Source of the DNA: a virus
Lineage: Duplodnaviria > Caudoviricetes
Reading direction: 5' to 3' (one strand)
Virus record (IMG/VR): IMGVR_UViG_3300026254_000135
Span: 1 to 26,316 of that record
Length of the DNA stretch: 26,316 nucleotides
A model generated the notes under the pieces. It was given only the letters and a program-made list of their open reading frames with translations. It was not told the DNA's origin and did no database searches. Position numbers and translations under genes: made by a program. Below, piece by piece: positions 1-8,737 of this stretch. The stretch's first letter is position 1; the number at the start of each line of letters is the position of its first letter.

Positions 1-2514
1 CTGGAACAAAAATCCATTTTAGCAAAACTTATGGCGTCAGAAAATATATCTGTCCGCCATGCTAAAGTACCAACAGCTGGGTTTAACCCAAAGACGAGAA
101 CTTTGATTTTGCCTATTCTTAAAGAGATGGAAGGTGATGTCTATGATTTGTTCGTCTGTCACGAAGTTGGACATGCGTTGAATACACCGGCAGAGGGTTG
201 GCATAGTGTTATTGAAAAAAGAGGTCCTAACTATAAGGGATTCTTGAATGTTGTAGAAGATGCGAGGATCGAAAAACTGATCAAAAAGAAGTTCGCAGGC
301 GCTGGAAAGGCAATGGCTAAAGGATATAAGATATTAGTTCACGAAAGAGACTTTTTTGGTCTCAAGAAAGATAATATTGATATCAATTCTTCATCGCTGA
401 TCGATAAACTCAATATTCATTTTAAAGGTGGTCCTTTGGAGAACGTTCAGTTCTCTGAGGAAGAGAGACCATTTATTAAAAAAATGGAAGACCTTGAAAC
501 TTGGGAAGATGTTGAAAAGTTAACCGAAGAGCTTTGGAATTGGGCTGAAGACAATGAAGAAGATCAGATGTCCTGTACTGATGATATGTCAGATTCAGAA
601 TATTATGAAGAAGATGAGGATGATGAAGATTCTGATGATTGGGATTTCGATGAAAGGATGAGAAGGCAAAGGGAAACAGATGAAGAGAATGAATGTAACG
701 CTCCAGTAGATAATTGTGATAACGAAGAAGAATCTAAGGGAGAAAATAAAGAAGATGAAGAAGGGCAAAGTGAGAACCAAACAGCACCTCAGGATTCTGT
801 AGATAAAAAAGAAGAAGAAGGTGATGAAGACGGAAATACACAGTCCTCAGGTACGCAGGGAGGGTATGATCAATGGTATGAAGATGACCCTTGGAAATGG
901 CAGCGCGAACCGAAATCAGAAACAGATAAGAATTTTCGTGTAAATGAAATTGAATTGATTTCAGAGGACGCAATGGATTTAGTGTATTATAATGCACCGA
1001 CGATCGATCTAAAGTCTAAGGAGTTGATTATTAATTATAAGACATTACTGAAAAGAACTCAGGAAGCTATGGATACTCGAAGAGATTATTTGATAGCTAA
1101 TCATAGAAACGATGGCGAAGAGCTCTGGGATAGAGAATATGAATTATCAATAGGATATGCGAGACAGTATCTAAAATATGTAGATAGTGAGAACAAGCCT
1201 GTTGTTAATTATTTGGTAAAAGAATTTGAAATGAAAAAGAAAGCGGCTGAATATAAAAGATCAATGACTGCTAATTCAGGTGTTATAGCGCTCTCAGATA
1301 TTCACAAGTACAAATATTGTGATAATATTTTCAAGAAGATCACTGTTGTTCCGGAAGGTAAGAATCATGGACTCTATTTTCTGATGGATTGGTCAGGATC
1401 GATGAATGATAAAATAATGCCAACATTGATTCAGTTATATCAACTGATAGATTTTTGTAGAAAATGTAATATCTCACATGAAGCTTATGCGTTCACCGAT
1501 TACGCGCATGATAATGAAGGCAATGAGGTTAAAGAAGAGGAATTTGGCAAGCCCTATAAACCAATTATAGATTCATTGGCAATAGGCGATCCGAGAACTC
1601 AATTGGTTGAAATATTTTCCAATAAGATGACTGCTAAAGAATATAAAGCACAGCGCGAGTATCTTTTGATGTCATTGCTACGATGTGATAGAGATTATCA
1701 AAGTGCAACGTGGGTTGATGAAAAGAAGCAGAGAGCGAAGTGGAAGAGAGAGGTAGAAGGAAAGAATGTAAAAGATCCAGTCGAAACGATTCCATATAAG
1801 ATTTTCAGTACTTGGGGTTATGAAAATAAAGTTCAAACTTCATGGGAATGGCATTCAATTGGTCGAAACATCCGCTGGCCATTACAACGACTTTGTGGGA
1901 CACCTTTGAATGATGCGATTATGATAAGCACAGCAAATGTTAAAAGGTTTCAGAGAGAAAATAATTTGGATATTGTTAATACAATTATTCTTACAGATGG
2001 AGAATCTAATTCCTCACATAATGTTTGGACGGATTACGATACTAACCACGGAATGTTTAACAAACGAATAAACACTTATGTGGATGAAAATAGAATTAAA
2101 ATCAAATTGGTAGATCCGGAAACGAAAAAAGTTTTTGAGTGGACAGATTCGCACGGTTCTCAGCAAACGGAAAACTTTCTCAATTATTATAAATTCAAAA
2201 CAGGTTCGAATATTTTAGGGTTCTTCCTGACATCAGCAGCTGGTGAAGCAGGTCGCAAAGTCGGCTGGAGTGAATGGGAACGTGAAGGAAAAAGTCAGTA
2301 TAATCGAGAAGGATTTGTAATTGTTGAAGACAGAGGATATGATGAACTCTATATAATTAAATCACACGCAACTGTAGCAATGGAGGAAGGAATAAAAATC
2401 GACACAAGTAAGACAAACTCAACTGCATCGATCGCTCGAGCGTTTAAAAAGTTTCAAAAAGGAAAGCTGGATAAGCGAATAATGCTTCAGAGATTTGCAG
2501 AAAAGGTGGCTTAA
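1..2514 (+). CDS. CobT-like protein: N-terminal HExxH metallopeptidase-like domain, acidic linker, C-terminal VWA domain (5'-truncated)
   Basis: Frame is open from base 1 (LEQKSILAKLMASEN...), so the true start is likely upstream of the window. HEVGHA and NVVEDARIE motifs; MIDAS DWSGS; GTPLN and LTDGE. Lies directly upstream of a CobS-like ATPase, as in T4-like marine phages. Confidence 0.8.
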   Translation: MEQKSILAKLMASENISVRHAKVPTAGFNPKTRTLILPILKEMEGDVYDLFVCHEVGHALNTPAEGWHSVIEKRGPNYKGFLNVVEDARIEKLIKKKFAGAGKAMAKGYKILVHERDFFGLKKDNIDINSSSLIDKLNIHFKGGPLENVQFSEEERPFIKKMEDLETWEDVEKLTEELWNWAEDNEEDQMSCTDDMSDSEYYEEDEDDEDSDDWDFDERMRRQRETDEENECNAPVDNCDNEEESKGENKEDEEGQSENQTAPQDSVDKKEEEGDEDGNTQSSGTQGGYDQWYEDDPWKWQREPKSETDKNFRVNEIELISEDAMDLVYYNAPTIDLKSKELIINYKTLLKRTQEAMDTRRDYLIANHRNDGEELWDREYELSIGYARQYLKYVDSENKPVVNYLVKEFEMKKKAAEYKRSMTANSGVIALSDIHKYKYCDNIFKKITVVPEGKNHGLYFLMDWSGSMNDKIMPTLIQLYQLIDFCRKCNISHEAYAFTDYAHDNEGNEVKEEEFGKPYKPIIDSLAIGDPRTQLVEIFSNKMTAKEYKAQREYLLMSLLRCDRDYQSATWVDEKKQRAKWKREVEGKNVKDPVETIPYKIFSTWGYENKVQTSWEWHSIGRNIRWPLQRLCGTPLNDAIMISTANVKRFQRENNLDIVNTIILTDGESNSSHNVWTDYDTNHGMFNKRINTYVDENRIKIKLVDPETKKVFEWTDSHGSQQTENFLNYYKFKTGSNILGFFLTSAAGEAGRKVGWSEWEREGKSQYNREGFVIVEDRGYDELYIIKSHATVAMEEGIKIDTSKTNSTASIARAFKKFQKGKLDKRIMLQRFAEKVA

Positions 2515-2520
2515 TGCAAT

Positions 2521-2580
2521 TTTGTTTCATAATGATTTCAATGAGATACCTTTAAGTGATTGAAATCGTTGACAAACAAA
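2521..2580. repeat. Imperfect inverted repeat (hairpin) between the CobT-like and CobS-like genes
   Basis: TTTGTTT-cat-AATGATTTCAAT ... ATTGAAATCGTT-gac-AAACAAA: a 12-bp inner arm with one G-U pair plus a 7-bp outer arm. Confidence 0.6.
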
Positions 2581-2584
2581 ACCG

Positions 2585-2613
2585 TTGACATTTTGATAAG
2601 AATGCTGTATAAT
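2585..2613 (+). promoter_or_regulatory. Consensus sigma70-type (early) promoter
   Basis: TTGACA (2585-2590), 17-nt spacer, TATAAT (2608-2613). Followed by GAGAGG and ATG at 2655. Confidence 0.85.
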
Positions 2614-2654
2614 ATATACATAATAACAATAATATCATAAGCGAGAGAGGTTAT

Positions 2655-3851
2655 ATGATGAACAGAGAACAAATAGTTGAAACCTGGAAAACCAAACACG
2701 GTGAACAAACGATCTTAGATCGTTCTCAAATAAATGAGATTGCTGAGGATTTGGATTTCACTGAGCCTAATCAGAATTTTCTAGGTAAACTTCGAATAGG
2801 ACGAAACCAATTTTCAATTGCAAATTATGGAAAAAATATGACGGCGCCAGCTGCTAAGTGGGGCGATAAGTTCCGCAAACCGAAAGCGCTTAAAGATATT
2901 AAAGAAGTGCAACACGAAACCACAATTAAGAAAGTAGATGAGAGCATCTCTTTCGTTCCCGAAAAAGATCCTAACTATATTAAAGCAGGTTATTATAAGG
3001 AATTGATACAGATATTCAAATCTGGAATGTTTGTACCTTCTTTTATTACTGGCTTATCTGGAATGGGTAAAACCAAAGAGGTTTTCGAAGCCGCAGCCGG
3101 CACGAAACGCGAATTAATTCGAGTTAATATTACCATTGAAACAGATGAAGATGACCTTTTAGGTCACTATGTTTTGAAAGATGGTGAGACCATTTGGGAA
3201 GACGGACCAGTTATTGTTGCGATGGAACGTGGTGCAATATTACTTTTAGATGAGATTGACCTTGCCTCAAATAAGATCATGTGTCTCCAACCAGTACTCG
3301 AAGGCGGAAGCATTTTCTTGAAAAAGATTAATCGTCTTGTAAAACCATCTCCAGGATTTAACATTGTCGCGACTGCTAATACAAAAGGAAAAGGTAATGA
3401 TGATGGAAGATTCATAGGTGCAAACATTCTCAATGAAGCTTTCCTTGATCGTTTTCCAATTACATTCGAACAAGATTACCCTCCAACACATGTCGAGAAG
3501 AAAATTGTTAATAAGATTCTTGAGAATCATGGAGTAACAGATAATGAATTCGTTGACCATTTGTGTCAGTGGACTGATGTTATTCGCAGGACATTTGCTG
3601 ATGGTGGGATTGATGAAATTATCTCCACTCGTCGTTTAATTAACATCGTCACATCGTACATGATATTCCAGAACAAGGAAAAGGCGATCGAATTTTCGAT
3701 CAATCGATTCGATGATGATACGAAAACAGGTTTCATGGATCTTTGGACTAAGGTAGATCCTAGTGCAACACCTGATGAGTTAGAGGATAATAGCATGCAC
3801 GTACAAGATGGTACGACAAACCCTGAACCCGATGAAGAACCTAATTCATAA
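2655..3851 (+). CDS. cobS: CobS-like / MoxR-family AAA+ ATPase
   Basis: Walker A GLSGMGKT, Walker B LLLDEID, ATANTKGKG and NEAFLDRF motifs typical of phage CobS-like proteins. Confidence 0.88.
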   Translation: MMNREQIVETWKTKHGEQTILDRSQINEIAEDLDFTEPNQNFLGKLRIGRNQFSIANYGKNMTAPAAKWGDKFRKPKALKDIKEVQHETTIKKVDESISFVPEKDPNYIKAGYYKELIQIFKSGMFVPSFITGLSGMGKTKEVFEAAAGTKRELIRVNITIETDEDDLLGHYVLKDGETIWEDGPVIVAMERGAILLLDEIDLASNKIMCLQPVLEGGSIFLKKINRLVKPSPGFNIVATANTKGKGNDDGRFIGANILNEAFLDRFPITFEQDYPPTHVEKKIVNKILENHGVTDNEFVDHLCQWTDVIRRTFADGGIDEIISTRRLINIVTSYMIFQNKEKAIEFSINRFDDDTKTGFMDLWTKVDPSATPDELEDNSMHVQDGTTNPEPDEEPNS

Positions 3852-3868
3852 TAAAATAAATTTAATCC

Positions 3869-3897
3869 TTGACATTATATACATTATCAGCTATAAT
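3869..3897 (+). promoter_or_regulatory. Consensus sigma70-type promoter
   Basis: TTGACA (3869-3874), 17-nt spacer, TATAAT (3892-3897). GAGGAG Shine-Dalgarno before ATG 3958. Confidence 0.85.
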
Positions 3898-3957
3898 CAA
3901 TACAAATAGTTGATAGTGTATGTTTGTGTTTAGTTAACGAGATAATAGAGGAGTTTA

Positions 3958-4965
3958 ATGCAGATTGAAGTACCAATAGCAGATTTAAGAAAGAAAAAGA
4001 TATTTGTTGCAACGCCAATGTATGGTGGTATGTGCAGTGGAATGTATACGAAAGCGTGTGCTGATTTAGCAACAACCGCTACAAAGTATCAAATAGATCT
4101 TAAATTCTTTTATCTGTTTAACGAATCATTAATTACTAGAGCTCGAAATTATTGTGTCGATGAGTTCTTGAGATCAGAATATACTCATCTCATGTTCATT
4201 GATAGCGATATTTGTTTCGATCCAAACTACGTTCTAACATTAGCCGCTCTATGCGATGAAACAAAACCAATTGTTGGTGGCATATATCCTAAGAAGTGTA
4301 TTGCTTGGGAAAAGGTACGTAATGCTGTTGATAAAGGATTAGCCGATGAAAATCCAATGCTCCTCGAGAAATTTACAGGCGACTTTGTCTTTAATCCAAC
4401 TGGCGGAACACAAACAATATCCTTATCAGAACCCGTAGAAGCTTTGGAAATTGGAACAGGGTTTATGATGATTCGGAGAGAAGCTTTAGAAGAATTTGCG
4501 AAAGCATATCCTAAGTTTCGATATAAACCAGATCATAATCGATCAGACCATTTCGATGGTTCCAGATATATTCATGCATTTTTTGACACCATTATTGATA
4601 ATGATCAATGGATGGGAGAAGGTAAATCTGAAGGGTCTGATCGTTATCTTTCGGAAGATTATATGTTCTGTCAACTATGTCAGAAGATCGACATTAAAAC
4701 TTTTTTATGTCCTTGGATGAAATTACAGCACGTTGGAACATATGTGTTTAATGGTAATTTGCCAGATATGGGCGCATTAGAATATGCCGCTCACGGATAT
4801 GATACTGAGAGTAGACCTTTCTTAGAAGATCGTAAAAAGAAGTTATCATCGCAAGGGATGAATAGAAAGGATAGGAGGGCTCTTGCGTCTAAAAAGCGAA
4901 AAGATAAAAATAAGAAAACTACTAAATTAAAAACATCACCTACAGAAAGCCCCAACCATATATAG
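3958..4965 (+). CDS. GT-A fold glycosyltransferase-like protein
   Basis: IFVATPMYGG, ESLITRARN, HLMFIDSDI (DxD), GTGFMMI and YLSEDYMFC motifs; basic C-terminal tail. Confidence 0.75.
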   Translation: MQIEVPIADLRKKKIFVATPMYGGMCSGMYTKACADLATTATKYQIDLKFFYLFNESLITRARNYCVDEFLRSEYTHLMFIDSDICFDPNYVLTLAALCDETKPIVGGIYPKKCIAWEKVRNAVDKGLADENPMLLEKFTGDFVFNPTGGTQTISLSEPVEALEIGTGFMMIRREALEEFAKAYPKFRYKPDHNRSDHFDGSRYIHAFFDTIIDNDQWMGEGKSEGSDRYLSEDYMFCQLCQKIDIKTFLCPWMKLQHVGTYVFNGNLPDMGALEYAAHGYDTESRPFLEDRKKKLSSQGMNRKDRRALASKKRKDKNKKTTKLKTSPTESPNHI

Positions 4966-4972
4966 GAATAAA

Positions 4973-5659
4973 ATGATTATACATAATGAGACTATCGAAG
5001 TATTGAAGAACTTTGCTGAGATTAATCAGAGCCTGGTTATCGAAGCTGGAGACACAATTAAGACAGTCAGTGAACAAACAAATGTTTTAGCAAAAGCTAA
5101 ACTCAACCAAAGCTTTCCTCAGGATTTTGCTATATATGATTTGAATAAATTTTTAGGAGTGCTTTCTTTATTCACAGAACCACAATTTGAGTTTAGTGAA
5201 AAATCAGTCACCGTTCAATCCAGTGTTGATGCAAATAATTTTCAAGCTGGTGATTCTGTTGCTGAATATCAATTCGCAAATATGAGTCTCTTTGAAAATG
5301 AGAAAAAGATTCTCGCGAAGGATATTCAATTGCCATCTGAAGATGCAGACTTTAGATTAGATGAAAAGTTTTTCATTGCAATAATGAGGGCAGCAGGAGT
5401 AATGAGTTTACCTGAGATCGCGGTAGTAGCAAGCGACGGAAAACTTAAAGTTCAAGCGAATGATTCTAAGACATCTGTGGATAGTTACGCAGTCGATTTA
5501 GGACCTTCGGATGCCAATTTTAGAATGATTTTCAAACTAGAAAATCTTAAACTTTTGAAAGGGTCTTATGATGTTAAGATATCAGATAAAGGCTTAGGAC
5601 ATTTTAAAAATATCAGTAGAGAACTTGAGTATTGGATTGCGACTGAACAAACAACATAA
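4973..5659 (+). CDS. gp45: DNA polymerase sliding clamp (T4 gp45 homologue)
   Basis: LKNFAEINQS, FAIYDLNKFL and LEYWIATE motifs; 228 aa; directly upstream of gp44. Confidence 0.92.
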   Translation: MIIHNETIEVLKNFAEINQSLVIEAGDTIKTVSEQTNVLAKAKLNQSFPQDFAIYDLNKFLGVLSLFTEPQFEFSEKSVTVQSSVDANNFQAGDSVAEYQFANMSLFENEKKILAKDIQLPSEDADFRLDEKFFIAIMRAAGVMSLPEIAVVASDGKLKVQANDSKTSVDSYAVDLGPSDANFRMIFKLENLKLLKGSYDVKISDKGLGHFKNISRELEYWIATEQTT

Positions 5660-5664
5660 GGATT

Positions 5665-6603
5665 ATGGCAGATAATATATTATGGGTAGAAAAATACCGA
5701 CCACAAAAGGTATCAGAATGTATTTTACCAGAACATCTAAAAGAACCGTTTGAATCTTATGTAGCTTCAGGTAATATACCGAATCTTCTTTTATGTGGTG
5801 GACCTGGCATGGGGAAGACTACAGTTGCGAAGGCAATGTGTAAAGAGATCGGCTTAGACTATTTGATTATCAATGGTTCTCAGGAATCTGGTATTGATTT
5901 ATTAAGAGTTAAGTTAGAAAATTATTGCAGCAGCGTTTCATTGATTGGTGGTCGCAAGGTAGTTATTATAGATGAGGCTGATTATTTGAATCCTCAATCT
6001 ACACAACCAGCAATGCGTGGCTTTATTGAGCGATTCGCTGATAACTGTAGTTTCATTTTCACATGTAATTATCTTAATAGAATTATCGATCCTATTCATT
6101 CTCGATGTTCGGTGGTTGAATTTAAGGTAGATAAAAAAGAATCTCCTAAGATAGCGCAACAGTTATTAGAGAGAATCACAACAATTCTTAATGAGAATAA
6201 GGTTGAGTTTAACGAAAAGGTTGTTGTTGAACTCATTATGAAGTATTATCCTGATTTTAGAAGAACATTAAATGAATTACAGCGTTATAGTAGTAGTGGA
6301 CAGATTGATAGTGGAATCCTCAGTTTGCTCTCAGATAGCGATTTTAATGCGCTTATTAACGCGTTAAAAGAAAAGAACTTCACAAAGGTACGTAAATGGG
6401 TGGTTGACACAAGTCATACAGATGCTAGGACAGTATATAGAAAATTATATGATAATTTACATGAGCATTTGACACCTAATACATTACCACCCGTAATACT
6501 CTTATTAGCTGATTATCAATATAAGAGTGCATTCGCGGCCGATCAAGACATAAATCTTACAGCATGTTTAATTGAAATCATGGTAGAAGGACAATGGCAA
6601 TGA
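5665..6603 (+). CDS. gp44: Clamp loader large subunit (T4 gp44 homologue)
   Basis: LWVEKYRP, Walker A GGPGMGKTT, IIDEAD, SRC motif and YPDFRR. Confidence 0.95.
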   Translation: MADNILWVEKYRPQKVSECILPEHLKEPFESYVASGNIPNLLLCGGPGMGKTTVAKAMCKEIGLDYLIINGSQESGIDLLRVKLENYCSSVSLIGGRKVVIIDEADYLNPQSTQPAMRGFIERFADNCSFIFTCNYLNRIIDPIHSRCSVVEFKVDKKESPKIAQQLLERITTILNENKVEFNEKVVVELIMKYYPDFRRTLNELQRYSSSGQIDSGILSLLSDSDFNALINALKEKNFTKVRKWVVDTSHTDARTVYRKLYDNLHEHLTPNTLPPVILLLADYQYKSAFAADQDINLTACLIEIMVEGQWQ

Positions 6604-7043
6604 ACCCCTTTGACTTTGTAAATGATATTAATTACAAGAAGAAAGATTTATTGAAAGACGATATAGATAATCAATTAGAAAGTCAATATAAACCGTTTCT
6701 CGTTAATCGATCTTTAAGTTTTAACTTCGATACGATTCTCCAAGCTAATGAGATGAATATTAGAACTTATCTGGATAGCAAGCTTCAATACCACTATTTG
6801 CTAAATATTATCAGACCCAAGAATAGATTTGGTCGATGGCTCAAAGCTGAAAAGTACGAAGCCATAGATCTTATCGTTGAACATTATGGATACAGCCTTC
6901 AGAAAGCGCGAGAGGTTGTTGATATCTTCAGTGATGAGGATCTGAATAATCTTAGGCAAGAATTATTTACAGGTGGATTGAAGGAGAACAATGAGTGTAG
7001 AGATAGAATCTCTAGTCGAAATCAAGTTGAAACAGCCCGATGA
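6594..7043 (+). CDS. gp62: Clamp loader small subunit (T4 gp62 homologue)
   Basis: YKPFLVNRSLS, ANEMN and LQYHYLLN..RPK.RF..W.K motifs; sits between gp44 and regA. Start at 6594 or 6600. Confidence 0.9.
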   Translation: MAMNPFDFVNDINYKKKDLLKDDIDNQLESQYKPFLVNRSLSFNFDTILQANEMNIRTYLDSKLQYHYLLNIIRPKNRFGRWLKAEKYEAIDLIVEHYGYSLQKAREVVDIFSDEDLNNLRQELFTGGLKENNECRDRISSRNQVETAR

Positions 7044-7419
7044 TTTTTTAAAGGTAAAGGAAACACTAACTAGAATAGGTGTGGCTTCTAAGAAGGATAA
7101 GATATTATATCAATCTTGTCATATACTTCATAAACAAGCCAGATATTACATCGTTCATTTTAAAGAATTGTTTATGTTAGATGGAAAACCATCTAATTTT
7201 TCGGATAATGATGCCGCAAGGCGTAATACAATAGTCAATTTATTAGCCGAATGGGATCTGGTTCAGAAAGTTGATAGTGAAAAAATTAATGATGATAACG
7301 TAGTTCCAATTAATCAATTAAAGATTATATCTTTCAAAAAGAAAGATGAATGGGATTTAGTTGCGAAATATAATATAGGTAATAAAAAACATGACGACAT
7401 TAAGTTTGAAAGCCCATAA
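6991..7419 (+). CDS. regA: Translational repressor RegA
   Basis: DDFLKVKETLTRIGVAS, LYQSCHILHKQ.RYYIVHFKELF.LDGK, RRNTIV.LL.EW.L; AAGGAG Shine-Dalgarno. Confidence 0.95.
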   Translation: MSVEIESLVEIKLKQPDDFLKVKETLTRIGVASKKDKILYQSCHILHKQARYYIVHFKELFMLDGKPSNFSDNDAARRNTIVNLLAEWDLVQKVDSEKINDDNVVPINQLKIISFKKKDEWDLVAKYNIGNKKHDDIKFESP

Positions 7420-7900
7420 ATTATATCCAGACGTAAAGCTTCCAGTATTTTCCACAAAAGGTTCAGCATGTTTTGATATACATGCATATTATACACCGGA
7501 AATAGGATGTAGGTTTTGGAATGATAATAGAAAAGATTTTATTGAAAGACACGATAAAAATATAACAATACATCCTTTTCAAAGAGTCTTAGTGCCGACA
7601 GGAATTATTTTAGATATACCACCTGGACATTCAGTAAGAATACATCCAAGATCCGGAACAGCGATTAAACAAGGAATGAGTTTTATTAATTGCGAAGGAG
7701 TGATAGATTCTGATTATGTTGAACCATTATTCATTCCCGTGGTTAATTTATCAGATGTTCAGTCGATCGTTATAAATAATGGTGATAGGATCGCACAAGG
7801 AGAACTTGTGAGAGATTTACATTATAATATAGAAGAAATTAAGTCTCCGCCTAAACAGAAAACCAGCCGTGATGGTGGTTTTGGAAGTACAGGCAAATGA
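7391..7900 (+). CDS. dut: Trimeric dUTPase
   Basis: SACFD, PRSG, GVIDSDY, GDRIAQ and RDGGFGSTG (motifs 1-5). Confidence 0.93.
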   Translation: MTTLSLKAHKLYPDVKLPVFSTKGSACFDIHAYYTPEIGCRFWNDNRKDFIERHDKNITIHPFQRVLVPTGIILDIPPGHSVRIHPRSGTAIKQGMSFINCEGVIDSDYVEPLFIPVVNLSDVQSIVINNGDRIAQGELVRDLHYNIEEIKSPPKQKTSRDGGFGSTGK

Positions 7901-8088
7901 GACGTAAAGTAGTAGGGCACAGTTTTGACTTAGAAGTTTTTGAAGAAGTTATAACTGATCCTGAAACCGGCACTACAGAGTTTGACGAATGTGGAACATA
8001 TAGTGCCAACTCCATAATACACTTATTATGGATTGTGTTCAAACATAGATTTGAACATTTTATAGCAGGAGAAGGTTGGAGAGACTAA
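7897..8088 (+). CDS. Small hypothetical protein (63 aa)
   Basis: ATGA overlap with the dut stop codon; fills the gap to the hsp20 leader. Confidence 0.6.
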   Translation: MRRKVVGHSFDLEVFEEVITDPETGTTEFDECGTYSANSIIHLLWIVFKHRFEHFIAGEGWRD

Positions 8089-8104
8089 TCTTCTCTTAAT
8101 ACAA

Positions 8105-8173
8105 CATTGAGAATTGCTTGCGTAAGGGTTCTCGATGATCTTATTAACGTCTTTGCTTAAAGAAGGAGGACAT
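8105..8173 (+). promoter_or_regulatory. Structured 5' leader of hsp20 (hairpins upstream of the SD)
   Basis: CATTGAGAATT..CTT-GCGT-AAG..GGTTCTCGATG hairpin with G-U pairs (8105-8137); TCTTT-GCTT-AAAGA hairpin (8150-8163) abutting AGGAGG. Confidence 0.45.
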
Positions 8174-8617
8174 ATGTTAACAACTAACGCACTTTCCATG
8201 TTTCCCACCCATAAACAGTTAGAACAAGCATTAGGTCGATCAGTAGGTTTTGATAATCTATTTGATAGATTCATTGAGTGTAGTAACACTATTCCTAATT
8301 CAGGATACCCACCTTATAATCTTAAAAAGGATGGTGAGGATTATACTCTTGAAGTTGCTGTTGCGGGATTATCCGAAAAGGACCTTTCGGTAAATGTTGA
8401 AGATGGAACGTTGACTATTTCAAGTCAAACGGAAAAATCTGAAGAAGAATTTCTTCATCAGGGAATCGCCAGACGCTCTTTTAAGAGGTCCTGGACTCTT
8501 GCTGATGATATGGTAGTTAAAGCCGCTAAATTAGATAGTGGAATGCTAACCATTGCCTTAGAACGAATTGTTCCTGAGGAAAAGAAATCAAAGCAGATCC
8601 CTATTGTTACGAAGTAA
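8174..8617 (+). CDS. hsp20: Small heat-shock protein (Hsp20/IbpA family)
   Basis: GFD.LFD, YPPYNL, EVAVAG, FLHQGIARRSF.RSW.L and GML.I.LER.VPEEKK motifs. Start placed at ATG 8174 after AGGAGG rather than at 8135. Confidence 0.92.
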   Translation: MLTTNALSMFPTHKQLEQALGRSVGFDNLFDRFIECSNTIPNSGYPPYNLKKDGEDYTLEVAVAGLSEKDLSVNVEDGTLTISSQTEKSEEEFLHQGIARRSFKRSWTLADDMVVKAAKLDSGMLTIALERIVPEEKKSKQIPIVTK

Positions 8618-8629
8618 TATCGTAAATCC

Positions 8630-8685
8630 AAAAGAGGGTGCGTTATAAATATGCATATAGAATTATGTTTAACAAACCCTCTTTT
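8630..8685 (+). terminator. Long hairpin / probable intrinsic terminator after hsp20
   Basis: Perfect 10-bp inverted repeat AAAAGAGGGT (8630-8639) / ACCCTCTTTT (8676-8685) ending in a T run. Confidence 0.55.
8644..8651 (+). promoter_or_regulatory. T4-type late promoter TATAAATA
   Basis: Exact TATAAATA in an intergenic region upstream of the M15 peptidase gene. Confidence 0.6.
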
Positions 8686-8689
8686 ATAG

Positions 8690-8718
8690 TTGACATTTCA
8701 GTTGTTTTCAACTATAAT
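8690..8718 (+). promoter_or_regulatory. Consensus sigma70-type promoter
   Basis: TTGACA (8690-8695), 17-nt spacer, TATAAT (8713-8718). Upstream of the peptidase-gp43 unit. Confidence 0.85.
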
Positions 8719-8737
8719 TATACAATAGGAATTTACA

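Noticed and set aside
595-997. Minus-strand ORFs rich in Phe/Ile/Leu
   Set aside because: Antisense shadows of the GAA/GAT-rich acidic linker of the CobT-like gene.
2655-3851. Cobalamin-biosynthesis auxiliary metabolic gene interpretation
   Set aside because: No CobN or other cob genes in the window; the family is a general MoxR AAA+ ATPase.
7771-7778. TATAAATA inside dut
   Set aside because: Intragenic and expected by chance in AT-rich DNA. It could serve hsp20 but there is no supporting evidence.
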